Source: the human T2T-CHM13v2.0 reference genome, Homo sapiens
Assembly: GCF_009914755.1 (NCBI RefSeq)
Contig: NC_060935.1
Length of the DNA: 64,000 nt
Direction: 5' to 3' (one strand)
The notes under the pieces were generated by a model that did not search any database, was not told the origin of the DNA, and saw only the letters and a program-made list of their open reading frames with translations. Position numbers and translations under genes: made by a program. Shown here in pieces: positions 1 to 15,060 of the stretch (positions within the stretch are counted from its first letter, which is position 1; every line of letters starts with the position of its first letter).

Positions 1-779
1 CACAGAAAATGACATAAGCCAGCTGTCAGACCAGATTTGGACCCCTGCACGGTGACTTTCGAAGTGACTTAATAAATCCCAGATTTTGTAAACTGTTCTA
101 TTCAAAGTACATTTCTTTGAAATAAAGTCTTTCTCCTCGCCTTGTTAATATCTCATTTATCCTTCAAAATTTTGTTCTTACCTCCTGAAATACTAGTAAA
201 ATGACAGCAAAGATACAAACCCATATGATCAAAGTAAACTGCAGAGTGGACAAAAGATTTCTAGTAAGATTTGGAGTGCTGATGTGGAAGGAAAAATTGC
301 TAATTAATTTAGGAAAGTCAAAGAAGTTACAACCTATAGTGTCCATGGCCACAGAATGAAAGCTGGATGGAAAGAAAGATGATTCACCCGAAGGTATATG
401 GAAAGTTTACTCCTTGGAGGCACCAGTTGCTATAAAAGATGAGTATGAGGCGTGGTGTTTCCAAGAGGGAAGTCCACAGAAAGTACATTTAAAATAGACC
501 ATTAAAAAGAAGATAGCATAGAAGCATCAATACTGATCAACCAATATCCTACCATTCGTAGTTATAGAATAAGGCAATAAAAAAAGAAGAAAAAATTATC
601 AACATTCTTGCATCATCAAACAATGTAAGAATGTTTCTCAGACTGAAGGGTAAGACTTTCAGAATTATTCAGGGAACTATGTGGGCCCATTCAATCTGGA
701 GAAAATACACATAATCAAACATATCGATGTATATGCACATACATATGTGAACACACACACACACACCCCCCACACATAT

Positions 780-1110
780 GACATTGAGACCACTAATTAT
801 AAAATTTCTTAACCTGGAAGATAAATTGATAAAGAGAGGGCCATAAAAACCCAAGAAAGAACAAAACATCTTATCAAAAATAAGATTGAAAATGTCACAG
901 ACTTCCCAACAGCAGGAGAAAAATAGTTCGAAATTCTGAGAGACAATTATTAACATACCAATATTCTTTGCCTACTGAAACTACCCATAGAGTTTGAAGA
1001 AAGTATAAAAATGTTTTTCAGCATTTGAAGACTCAAAATAGATCAACCTTTCACCCTGTCTTACAAAGCTACTGGAGATGGACTCCATGAAAAAGAAATA
1101 TACCAGGAAG
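780..1110 (+). mobile_element. Ancient L1M/HAL1-type ORF1 remnant
   Basis: Degenerate similarity to the L1 ORF1 C-terminal half (RLT.DFS, ILYPAKL and KTF-like blocks); A-rich. Confidence 0.45.
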
Positions 1111-1954
1111 AGAGAAAGAAGAGAATCTGGCAGACCCTGTAAGGCCACATGTGGAGTAGCTGTTGGTTAATTCCCGTGCTGGTCAGGTTATCTCCCTAGC
1201 CTCTTGTTACTGTAATATCACCCAATTCTGATTTATTAATAACAAGTTGTAATGCCCCAGGTTTATCATGTAAGCAAGTTGTTAGGCTTTATTTTTCAGA
1301 ATTAATATCTACTTCTTGAAGTGGTTATGTTATCAATCAGTAGTCAATAAACACCTTTTGAATACGTGATTCTCACCTATAATTTATCACATGTATTTTA
1401 TAGGCTAGTGCAAAGTAGTAAATTTTTTGACAGATAATGTTGTTACAGCAACATTAAAGTAGGTGGTAGATCAAAGAGACAATGCACAACATAAATAAAT
1501 GCCTTTCTGGGACCTTCCAGCTTTGAGATTTTCTAAATAATTAAGTAGACTCAAATGCATTCCTAAGAAGGTGAATGAATCCTGTTTTTTATCATAATAA
1601 AAAACCACTGATATGTTCAAGAACATACATGATATATCATTTTATAAGAATTTCTTCTTATGAGTAATATTATGAGTTCTTATGAATAATATTAATGATG
1701 ACAACATGCTTTTCAGGTCAAGTGCTTTATGTATTTTTTAAATTTTACTTCCTTCCTACAAAGAAGCATAAATTAATTTTTACCATAACACAGTTTCTGA
1801 TCATGATATAAAGACATCCTTTTCCATTGAATCTCCTTTTTGTTTCTTCGTACATTTAATATTATCACTTTTCTTCTTCCTTAATTGCTTTTCATTCTGT
1901 ATCTTTGATGTGATCGAAATTACAACTCAGGATTTCTTTTAGCCTCTCCCTAAG

Positions 1955-1987
<33 letters not shown>

Positions 1988-2000
1988 CACACACACTCTC
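1955..2000. repeat. (CT)n(CA)n compound microsatellite
   Basis: Directly visible tctctc...cacacactctc run. Confidence 0.9.
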
Positions 2001-2760
2001 CTGATATCTTTGCTTTGCATTCAGCATCCTCCCCACATTATGAAGGCTGCTACATTAGCAATTTTTATTCATAGTAATTTTATATCATATTGGCATTTAT
2101 TTTCATTAATATGACAAAAACCTCATTAGCAGAGACTCTTATTAGCATTTTGTCATGGAAAATAGTTTCTTCATTTTATATTAGTGTCATAATATGGGAT
2201 AACAAATGACTACTTAAAATCTTTTCAACCCTTCCACTTGAGCGGTGGAACATCTCCAGCACAGTGAGTAGGAGGATGCTGGGGATGTTTTCTGCCCTTG
2301 TTCCAAGAGATTTGGTAAGTAACAGCAGCAACAGTTACAGCAACAGCAATTAAACAGTACATTTGCGTGCTTGATATTGTATTATCTTTTTCCACCATTT
2401 TGAAAAGGACTATATTGGACCCTAATAGTTTGTTCCTAGATGTGATAAGGGCAAAACAAAAAAAATATTTATATCTAGACTTGGAAGCTAATTAGATCTT
2501 TAGAAATGTTGCATCTGTTCCTGCTGGCACCATTGAGAAAAAGGGGTAGTGAATGTATTGCAAACAGTCAGTATTGTCTAGACCAGTGTTTTTAGGGAGA
2601 AGATCAAAGAAAAAAGAGTTCTGTGTTTAAGAAATAAACATCAATTTCATAAATAAAATTCACCCATTGACTTAAAAAAGGAACATCTATATGAATTATT
2701 TTAATAGTTATCCCATATCTTTAAAAGGCACAACTATATTTAGAACTTAAATGAAAACTA

Positions 2761-3330
<570 letters not shown>

Positions 3331-3640
3331 TTTTTAAATCTTCGCAATTGCTGGATCAAAATATTCTAGGGCTGAGGTGGTTCCTAGAGATCATGTAGTC
3401 TACCTTCCAGTCTCATTAGACACTTTATTCCCTTGGTAATTTACTTAGTGGCAGAGTCTACTGGGGAAGACACATTATTTTGATGATTTTTAACGAGTAA
3501 TTCAGGTTTACACTCATACTACTACTGTATTTAGAAGTACTGCTGTAAAAATGTTTTTCCAAAAAATTCCTTGTTTACATAGATACATAAATATAAGGAT
3601 ATATCTTTCCCAAATGCTACTGTTCTTTTCTTTAAAAACA

Positions 3641-4455
<815 letters not shown>

Positions 4456-7410
4456 GACAATTTTTTAAAATACCATATATAAAAAGAAAGGTGAAGAGTT
4501 AGAGGCTGGAGTCATCTCTAGTCCAATAACTTCATACATAAAATCAGCCAACAGAGAAATAGATACTCTTTAAAGACATTATGATCAAGACTATAAAATG
4601 TTCATTATTTTAAAAAATATTAGACAAAAAAGGGCAAAAATGTTATCAATTTAGTAGAATAAGGGAAATGCTTTTTCATATCTTGATAAAATGGTGTTCA
4701 TATAGAAGTATACATTTATCCAAGCACATCAAATTTTGCAATTAATACCTATACATTTTACTGCAGAATTTTAGCCCTTTTTTTAAAAAATTAAAGGACC
4801 TAAGTTAATGCACGCTTTGTGCCTTGAATAAAAGGCCTGGACTGATGAAGAATGCTATATTGGAGTGAAAGCAAGAATTAGTGAATTGAAAAACTAGGAG
4901 AAAAAAAACTTACTTATTCAATATAAAGGCTGAGGGCAAATCCTGGGATTGGAAAGGATTTGGTTCATATGGAGGACATAAAATGAAACTGTGAATTCAA
5001 TACAAGAGCCAAAATAGAATTATGAATTGGATGACTTCTGGATATTCGTTTTGGGAATGAGGTCCTATTCTATTAAAATGTATTAAAGGTTAGAGAAACA
5101 TATTGCTTCAGAAAAGTGGATGTGATTTCTCAAAGTGTATTTGGACTACGTCAGAGAGTAAGGCTTATTCTCATTGGCTAGCTAATACTGATGATGTTTG
5201 ATTCCTGTGAGATCCATTTCCCTTCTTACTAGGGATGTACTCTGCATAGCACCCAAGTTCATGATTGAGGGGAAGGAAACGGTAATTTCCCTTTTTCATA
5301 AATGCAAGAATCTAGAGGAGGACACTTACACTCCTAATCAAGGATAGGTGGCAGATGTGAGAATGTAAGCAAAATGAATTTGAGCTCAGAATTATCTTCA
5401 TGCAGATCGTCACACACCATCTAAATTCAATATCAGACCAGTTGGGATAAATCTAAGTGTCGCTTTTAGCTAAATAAGGTATCATTTTAAAGTTATCTAA
5501 ACACCAGGCTTTGCATCCATTGTGTCTTTTCAAAATATGTTCATTTAAATTATAAAATTCTGCACGGAATTTGATAATTGTGTTACACAAAACATTTTAT
5601 AATATTATATGCAAATATAAATGTCATATCGACTCATTAGCCATCTGTGAATCTTTATTACAATAAAACTCAAATTTAATTTGGAGTTTTTACATAATAT
5701 ATTTTAATTCATGGATGAAAGATCTGCATTGTAATTACAAAACTTAATTTAATTAAGTCATCCATCTGATAAGAACATTTATGCAGATTTAAACATATCC
5801 AACTAACATCAAAACTGATGGGACTTTTAAGCTAAATCGTATCCCAGTTTTCAATATTTGAGCTCTTAAAATGTAATTTTGATTTTTAATAGTGGAGATC
5901 AATACTGATGCTCTGGTACATGCATTACATAGTTGAGAAAATTCTTCAATCTTTTCTGTTTCTCAAAGTTGTTTAATTTCACACGTTTCCTGACTTCCTA
6001 GGCTGCATTGTAACTCTCCAGTGGAAGACATGTTTGTCTCATTAATACCATAAGGAAGTTTCAGATAAATGTACTCAATTTAAAAGTGAGGAACTTCGAA
6101 AACTGACACTGATATCTCCTGAAAGCACTTAACCACTTTGTTGAGAAGCTAGAATCAAATTGTAGTCTGCACCAATCTTTTTCCTTTCAATGCCCAGAGC
6201 ATGTTCTGTACCACCTACTTTGATTTTTGATGAGATGTTGCCTTAGATTTTCTCCAATAATATCCTAACAGCTAAATCACATATACTTCATAGCACAAAA
6301 AAGAAATACTGGAAAAATCACCTCTCCATTATCTATTACACTTTGACTCAAATTTAATTGACTATTTACTATCTATGCTAAAAAAATTGTAAGCCTTTTA
6401 CGTACATTTTTACATAAAATCTTTGTAACAACAGTGTGAAACAGAAACTATATTTTTATCTTGTTTTTCTTCAAATAAAAAAAAACAAAGACACAAAGAA
6501 ATTAAGAAAATTTCCTAAGGTTATATAGGCGGTAGAGTCAGGATTCAAGTTACATGATGTGGGGATGGAATCTGGGATTTAACCACTATAGTAATGGTGC
6601 CTCCATGTAGATTCATTTGCTCAATTTAGGAATTTTTAAAAGAGGGCAAAGTTTAAAATCCACCTAGATTTACCTGTGATATTCAGTATAGTTGAGGGAA
6701 AATAAAAATAGGACTTGTAACTTGAGGAGTTTCTAAACATCATAGTGCTTGGTTTCCATGTTGATTTCATAATAACATGCTTCCTTTCCCATATTGCAGC
6801 TTTTGAATAGAATATGCTGTTTTAAAAGTGTTGTGTGTTGATTAAAATGATTTAATAAGAGCAGTGCAAACATGTGAATGTTTCCATCCCAAATCTGATC
6901 CTGTATAATAGGCTAAAAATAAATTGACAGCAAAAAGTGTACTTGACAGTTAATCTGTGTTCTCATTTTTGAGAACTGTATGGAGGTGGGAATTCAATAG
7001 AAATAACTGGACAGAATTCCACAAAAGCACTCCGTTATATATCAGAGGCATGAAAGTCAGGGATAAGTGTTTCAAATTTCAAGCCAATTGCTCCAAACCT
7101 TGAAAAACGTCAATGTGTGAAAGCAGGTCATTTGCACTGAACCGCTGCCAGCATATCAGAGTAAAACATATTTCTTGCTGAAATGTAAATGATCGGACCC
7201 TGAACTCTTTCATTATATGTTTGGCACTGAAGGGTCTTTGAGGTTACTGTTTGACCTATGCTAAAAATAAAAACCATGGACACTGGTTGACCTCAGTTTA
7301 TTGCCTGAAAACCACACTTCTGTGGGAAAGAAAAGGCCTTAGATTTGGGGTCTGAATTTCTAGTTCTAGTCTGCATAGAGTAGAACTAGCTTTGTAAATG
7401 TAAAACTGAA

Positions 7411-7481
7411 CATATATATATATATACACATATATATATACATATATATATATACACACACACACACTATAGTGTATATAT
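7411..7481. repeat. (TA)n/(CA)n microsatellite
   Basis: Directly visible. Confidence 0.9.
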
Positions 7482-7579
7482 ACACATATATTTAGAATAA
7501 ATATGTATTTAATACATACATTTAGAATAAATATGTATTTAATACATATATTTAGAATAAATATGTATTGAATACACAT
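7482..7579. repeat. 30-bp minisatellite, about 3.2 copies
   Basis: tttagaataaatatgtatttaatacataYa starts at 7491, 7521 and 7551 (third copy slightly diverged). Confidence 0.9.
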
Positions 7580-9040
7580 CTCCATGACAAGGATATTTTC
7601 TATAGAAAAGGAAATTTTGTAATATAAATGAAGTTTGCATCAGATCACATATTTTATATTGAATCTGTGTAGATAAATCACTCTAGGTGAATGTTAATTA
7701 TTTCTACTAAGACCTAGATATTGAAGATTAGGAATATGATTTATATCTTCAAGAAATAAACACATACTTATAGACATTTAGAAGGGGTTAGTTCTTTCTC
7801 TTCCTTCTAAATGTCCTCAACTCCACTGCCATAATTTCCACAAAGAAGTCTGTTCTGATTGGTTTGAGTCTATATGCTGACTTGCTCATATAAACTATTG
7901 CACAGAGTTACTGCATGCTAATATAGTATACATATATACTCTCATTTCTTTCATACAGTCAGGGTCAAGCGTTTGGTCTGTATAGTAAGAGACACTGTCG
8001 TCTTTTTGTTTCTGTCTTACTAAGGAGTAAAACTGTATGGCTTCTGCAGAAAAGGTAAGCTGATTTGACCATCCTTCCAGTGTTCTATTCTCTCTTTCCA
8101 TTAAGCCAGTCAGAGAGTAGTAAAATCTCTAAATTCAAGTTTAGAAATAAGGGTAAAAAGAAATCTCATAGGCCTATGTAACTTCTCCAATCTTAAAAAC
8201 CAAATAAAAAGTTGGAATATAAACCTAGATAACATAATGAATTTTTTCTCCTTTGATGATGTTTTATGTATTTATTTCTTAATGAAACAAAAGGAAAAAG
8301 GGTAGCTGGGTCAAGGTAGGGCTTGCAGATTTTGAAGATTGATATTATCTAAAAACTTTACTCCCCTGATTGTTTATAACCTTGTCTACTATCTTGTCTG
8401 CTATTAATAGCACACTGCTGAACACTGTGGGAGATGGAAATGTACTCAATTCAGTAGTTTCTGAACTTTATTTTACCTCACTTATGCTCATGTGTGTGAT
8501 AATGCAATGGTGAGGACCAGATTTTGATACCTGGCTTAGCTTTCTGCAGGGTATATTAACTACAATTTACTGATTCTTACAAGTAAAGACAACCAACTGT
8601 TTTGGGACTTTGCGGTAGAAAACTGGTGGATTACAAGACTGGCTCTGACAAGAATAGAACATCTGATCAGGAAAAGCAGTCCAACCAAAACTAGAATCGT
8701 TTTATTCATGTAAATAATAATAAAATATTGACATGAACCAACTCTGCAATAAGTAGCCATTTGAACTGTCATCAACCACTTAACCTCTCCAGAGGTTAGT
8801 TTATTCATCTGTGTTACCATATTTTTTAGATTAAAAGATAAGTAGCAGTCTTTGTAGCCCTAATATATGAAAAGCCTAATTTTAAACTCCTTAAGCTGAA
8901 TAATTTTCCTTTCTTCTTCTGAATTATGGTTATCCTAGAATAAGAAGTTAGTGGAAACTCAGAGAAGAGGTAATGAATAATAATAAAAAATTACTCCAAA
9001 GAATCTTGGGATCATGGCTGGTTAAGAATTCATCTACCTT

Positions 9041-9343
9041 GCCGGGCACGGTGGCTCACGCGTGTAATCCCAGCACTTTGGGAGGCCAAGGCAGGGGGAT
9101 CACGAGGTCAGGAGATTGAGACCATCCTGGCTAACACGGTGAAGCCCCGTCTCTACTAAAAATACAAAAAAATTAGCCAGGCGTGGTGGCAGGCACCTGT
9201 AGTTCCAGTTACTTGGAGGCTGAGGCAGAAGAATGGCATGAACCCGGGGGTCAGAGCTTGCAGTGAGCCGAGATGGTGCCACTGCACTCCAGCCTGGGTG
9301 ACAAAGCAAGACTCAGTCTCAAATAAAATAAAATAAAATAAAA
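9041..9343 (+). mobile_element. AluY
   Basis: Y diagnostics (ctaacacggtgaa, gaatggcatgaacccggg, gagcttgcagtgagccgagat); (TAAAA)n tail; TSD aagaattcatctacct / aagagttcatccacct. Confidence 0.95.
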
Positions 9344-10678
9344 AGAGTTCATCCACCTCAAGTGTTTGGCAAAACCTGGCGTGGGATGCAGTTAAAGAAT
9401 TAACAGAGCAGACAAAGAATCTCTAGGTAGAACCAAAAAAAATGTGCAAAAAATATATCTGGAAACACCAAGTTGCTATTGTGTATTTCTGCACTATTTC
9501 TTTTAATAGCTAAGGTCAGTCTGTGCCCTGAATATTACATTAGAAGGTCTTACCCTTAAGAAACTCAAAGTCTTAGTCTTACTGTTTCTATTCTCTCTTA
9601 CTTTCTTCCAGGGCGTAAGTGAAAAAAAAAAAATGTTTCTTTAACAAAACTCCTTTAAGAGGCTAACTGGTACATTTAACATGCTTGAAATTCTACCTAG
9701 GTAGTTGATTCCTTTAGCTTGAGATATTGATTTCTGTAAAGTTGTAATCTCTGGTGGGAGAAGTATGGCTTTAGTTTGAGCATTTTTGATAACAGGTCTT
9801 CATATGGTGTCACCATGAAGATCAGGAGCCGTCTTAAAAGAGAAATTAAAAGAATAAACACAGGAGAGCTGTGGGTGAGAGTTCCCTGTCAGAAGTCTCT
9901 TGTCAGTTACCCATTAAACAAGGGAGGCTGCTGTATGTAAGCATCAGTTTTCCTTATCAAATTTCCTAAAAAGCTTTTAATTTGTTTTACCCCAAAGAAA
10001 AAAATACAAGCACAGTGTCAGGTCAATAAATGGTATGCATAGCTATAAAGCCATCTTATATGACAAGAATAAATCTTTCAAGCAAAACCTGTTTCCATTC
10101 AGGATAGAGTTACGGCTGAAATAACATTTATAGGATTTAAGAGTTGAACTGTGGAAGAAAAAGACTTCTCAAGGGATACATTTTGGCTCTATATTAGCCC
10201 AACCTAAATATATAAAACTCAGTGAGGATTGTGACTTTACCTGTTAGTTGCAGTAAGGTTCAAAGAGAGTAAAATGGGACAAGTGGGTTTGAGTTATTAA
10301 TGTGAAAACCTGTGTGGTAGGTGTTAAGGGGGAAATTACTAAAATCTAAACTATTTAAAAAATATATTTTAGGCATAGCACATCCTCCAGTGTATTTATT
10401 AGGATCACCCAATGTCAATAGCACAGTTTTTCCCAGCCTTAATTCTGCTATAATCAGATTATATACTGCCTTAAAGAAAAGGCCTATGTTCTATGCAAAT
10501 TGAGCATGAACAATTTGTATCTTGACCTCATATGACAAAGTTTCAATACTGTGTGTGGCGAAGCAGTGGTTGAGTACCACTCTCATGGCATACAGTAGAG
10601 ACTTAACGAATATTTACTGTATCAAAGAGTAGATGTATGTCAAGCTTGATACAAGCTGTATCAAAATATCAATAATCT

Positions 10679-11333
10679 TGTCATAAATTTGGTTAACATA
10701 GTTGCTGCCTTGGCATCCATTTCTAGGCCAGACAGGTTTTTAGAAATCTAGCTGTATCCCGTTACCTTTGGCCTAGTTAAAACTTCTCCATGTGTTATTG
10801 TTTGTGATAGGGCTCACTTGTTTCTCATCCCACCCATAGGAAACCCAACACACCCCACAGCTGCTGATGGTGATAAAATGGTCAACACCTGAGTCCTATA
10901 AATAAGTTCCCCCATTCACATGTGTTTCCTTTAGACTAGTCAATCCACAACCCCCGTGGAAAAGACTAAGGGATAAAAGGTCATGAACCTTAAGAGAGGC
11001 ACAATCCAACAGGTTCTCTCTCCCACTTCCTACTCACCGGCTGAGCTTCCTGCTGCCTACAGCCTTCCTGTCAGCCGCCCATTTGCACGACACCCCTACC
11101 TTCTTTGGGATTTGTAAGTATTAAATTTGCTTTGTTTTATGCGTTTTGGTTTCATCTCCTCATTGTGTCTCATCTGACCCACACATGGAACCTACTTTCT
11201 TCCCCCAGTCACCCCCCCTCCCTCTGCCTCCCGCCCCAACTCTGAAGCAGGGCTTTTCTAAAGAGTGGCTATCTAGGCTTGTGGTCACTCTACAGAAAGA
11301 CTTCAAGACCAAAGAAACAGCAAAAACATAACA
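10679..11333 (+). mobile_element. ERV1 solo LTR, MER72-like
   Basis: TG...CA ends; blocks tgccttggcatccattt, cctttggcctagttaaaactt, aacccaacacaccccacagctgctga and gagtggctatct match recalled MER72 consensus. Confidence 0.7.
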
Positions 11334-13535
11334 ATAAAAACCTAACAACAGCTCTCAATGTGTATGCCTTTGTGAGGCAAGCTGATGCAAAAGGAATAAT
11401 AAAAAAGAGGTTTTCAGTGTAGCTGTGTACGTCAAGGAAGAAAGACTCCTATACGTTTGGACCCTCTGTGCTCAAGGTTGTTTTAATTCATTCTTTCAAA
11501 AAAAATACCTAAAATAAACTACAACATATACTAGGCATCTGCAATACAAAGATGAATATGGTCTAGCTCTGTCATTAAAAGCTCTCATTGTCTTGGGAGT
11601 AATTGTCATGTAAACAAAGAGTTGTTTAGCACATCCGCTCCTTTTCTGTAAAGACATAAGAAAGAGTATAGCAGAGTCAATTTAAAATTAGAATATCAGC
11701 TTTCTATTATTTAATAACCCCTAAATGAATAGGGACACTGTTACTTCTAAGTTTCTTCCTAGTGCTGTAATCCTGTAATCCATATAAATATGTGCCAAAA
11801 ACAAATTGATTTTGAGAATTAAATGCATGTATAAATTTAATTGTGATTATATGCAAAGATTTTTGAAAATGTTATTCTTCACAATTCTTTGAAAACAACA
11901 AAATACAATATAATTTTTATCACAGAATATGCTGCATTCCTTATTCTTTGACAGGTATTTGAAAAAGTGGGGCTGAGAACCAGCTTTCGTGCCCTCACTC
12001 AGTAGATGATGTGCTTTTCTGAACTGTAAGTGGCACAACTTTTTTTTTTCTCTTATGTGGGACCCAAGATGAATTTTTGAATGTCAGTGTGGCATTTAAC
12101 ATTTGAAAACCATATCTGATGAGTCTATTAGACCTTTGCAATCCTGTAGGCCTTTCTCAAGGAAGAGCCATATATATTTTGCACTAGGCAAGGGAGAAGC
12201 ATGAATTCTTGAAAAAGAGGGAGTGGTTAAATTAAAAGCATTAAATTGGATGGGATAAGAAAAGTAATACAGTGAAAATGGCTTATCATGTTAGTAACCT
12301 TTGTGCAAAGAAGGGCAAGCTCTGTTGGAGTTCATGGTAGAAGCTCCATACAAATCACCAAAATGGAAGAAATCAATACATGTGAGAGATTGGATCTGAA
12401 AGCTTATTTTTTTATTGTGCTTCTTCACACACAATTTCCCAAAGTAAGGGGTTAGAAAAGAGAACACAGTATTCCTTCAGTTTGTCTTTTAAGCACCTTT
12501 ATAGTATGAGTGTTTATTTACAGAGAAATAACAAAAGCCTCTGCAAATTCCATTCTTCCTAAATAACCACATTTTCCCTACCATTATTTAAAAAATAGTG
12601 AATAGAGTTTTTTCTTAAAAGACTCCTTTATTCCTTCCCATAGAAATGATCACTTACACCTGTCACATGTGGGGACCCAAAAGATATAAATAAAACAAAT
12701 AAGGAGGGACTAGAACCTGAATAAGATGCATCCAAGAGGTGGAAAATATGTGGGTGCTGACCTAGCTACAGGTGTGGAGAGTGGTATTTTAGTCTAGTTG
12801 ACAAGCACCATGCTTCAGGATTATTGTATTCTCTGGATATTGTCCAGACAAAATGCTATCAACTTGGAGTTCAGAATGAAATTCTGCTTTATTGTGTAGA
12901 GACTGGGAACCCAGGGTGTGTAATATTAAATGTTCAAGAAGATGGCAGGGGTGGTCTAAGTGATAATAGGGCTCCAGCTATAGTCTGTATCTAGAGACGA
13001 CGTTCAGGGACAGATTTCAACATCTGCAACCAGAATTGTCAAACTCAAGGTAGAGTCTATGCTTAAGGAGTAGAAATTCAAACTGGTAAACAATAGGAAA
13101 TTAGAAGCAGGGACAAAGACCCTCTTAAAGCAGCAATAGATATACATAAAATGTTTTAAATAATAACAAGGCCCCTAAAAAATTCAAGAGATGTCAGAGC
13201 AAAAACATATGGCTAATATCTAAAAGAGGTACATAGATACTGGCTGTAATTGTCTACGGATCCAGAGAAGTTTGTTTATACCCACTGTTATAGATGAAGC
13301 TATTTGAACTCTAATTTCCCTTTAATCTTTAATTATAACATAATAGCAGGTGGTATTGTAGAAGCCCAAAGAGGGTCTGTGAAAGGGTAGAGGAATTGTC
13401 CAACTCTATCTGCAATTCAGAGGAGGCAATATCTGTATCTTGAAAAAGAAGAGGTTTCTAAAATAAGGAGATATATTCAGGACAAGAAGATAAGGTGTTT
13501 AGATATGCATTTGTGAATGGGAAGAGGTGTTTGTT

Positions 13536-13603
13536 TGGAGCTGTATCTACAGTTGACTTCGGTAGGATGGAGCTGTATCTACAGTTGACTTCGGTAGGAT
13601 GGA
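13536..13603. repeat. Perfect 32-bp tandem duplication
   Basis: tggagctgtatctacagttgacttcggtagga twice, followed by tgga. Confidence 0.97.
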
Positions 13604-14859
13604 AAGGCAGAAGTAAATGGAATGGTTAAAGCCTATATTAAAGAGCATAGCCAGGATTCTATAAGTACCAGAAACCTAGAAAGATCTTTCAACTGGTAGC
13701 GGTCATGATCAGATCATGTTAGAAGAACATGTTATTTTTAGTCAGAGTTTGGGAGCTCCAAAGAAGATGAGTATGCTACTGGAAAAGGCTTATTGAATTA
13801 AAACATATGAAATGTAGAAATGTTTTTAGATCGTTGATAAATGAAGGTGGGGACAATGGATGAGAATAGCTTGCTAAGTAGGGCAGATCATGTTATAGAA
13901 GAGTGGGCAATAAGGAAAATGCTGTGAGACTCAAAGTGAAAATGAATGGAATCTCTTTTTAACTTTTATTTATTTCCTTCATGCCAAGTACTATGTTGTG
14001 CTCTCTGAGTTTGCGCTCTCATATCATTCACACAACTACCTGGTTAGGTAAAAAGTATCTCCAATTTTAAAATGAGGAGCCCAATTCAAAGAACACAGGT
14101 AAATCTGAAGTAGTAATCAGTTAAAATATATGTTTGATTTTCCAGTTCAGTGTTAGTAATGACTAAATTATTATTACACTCATAGAAGTGTACTCTTGTT
14201 GCAGGGGTACTGTACCTTTTTCTTCTGAGAACATTCTAAGTGAAAGGACAAATGACTCAGGTTATTAAGTACTTTTTCTTTGTTTAGACAGAAGCAATGA
14301 CAGCTGTTATGTTTGAGCCAATTATAAAGTTGTGGAATAGATAAGGGAAAGAAAAAGTGATGGAAACTTGCCCCACTGTTAAGATCATGTGATCAAACTC
14401 ATCCTCAGATTTATGGGGATGAGACATAAGTTTGTGAGGTTAGTAAAAAATGGTAAGTAAAAGGAGTGTTTTTCTGGACAGTGTTTCTGAACAGAATATT
14501 AAATGGGGCTGGGGGTAGGAGTAGGCTGGGACTGGTCATTCTGCAATCCAGTTTTCTATTTGAGGCTTATATCCATAGAGAATTAGTCATGTGTCCTCAA
14601 CCTGGTAGGTTCTTGACGAACAGTTGCCTAAATTTGCTGAAATATATATATCCAAACCTGGTTTCACTGTCTTCTAACAAAAATGGTTTCTATTGTAATA
14701 TGTAACTTTAAATGGCACCACCTCAAGCCAGAAATCCAGGAGTCAGTCTCCGTATCTATTGAATGTATTCCCAAAGAATACTTAATGAGCAACCACTTTT
14801 CCTCTTATCCTCTTCATTACCATCCTGTATCATCATAGTATTGTCTTTAAAGTAGTAAA

Positions 14860-15060
14860 GTATAGTGGTTCAGAATACAGGTTTAGCAGCCGAAATGCCT
14901 AGGTTTATATCCTACCCTACTGTGGTACTTAACCTTGCTACCTCAGTTTTCTTTTCCATAACATGGGGATTACAATATTAATGACAACCATTTTAGGCTT
15001 ACATTATTGAATAAAGGAGTTGTTTTAACACATGCAAAACAGTACTAAAAAATATTCTTG
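14860..15060 (+). mobile_element. MIR
   Basis: tatagtggttcagaatacagg...acttaaccttgctacctcagttttc...catgggga core. Confidence 0.65.

Noticed and set aside
2240-2320. Splice donor TTG|GTAAGT at 2315
   Set aside because: No convincing paired acceptor or promoter; a lone consensus match is expected by chance.
7482-7579. 30-bp repeats (and the 32-bp pair at 13536) as CRISPR-like arrays
   Set aside because: Units are directly adjacent with no unique spacers, there are no cas genes, and the DNA is primate.
10646-10664. 8-bp inverted repeat ttgataca-agc-tgtatcaa
   Set aside because: Too short; expected by chance in 64 kb of AT-rich DNA.
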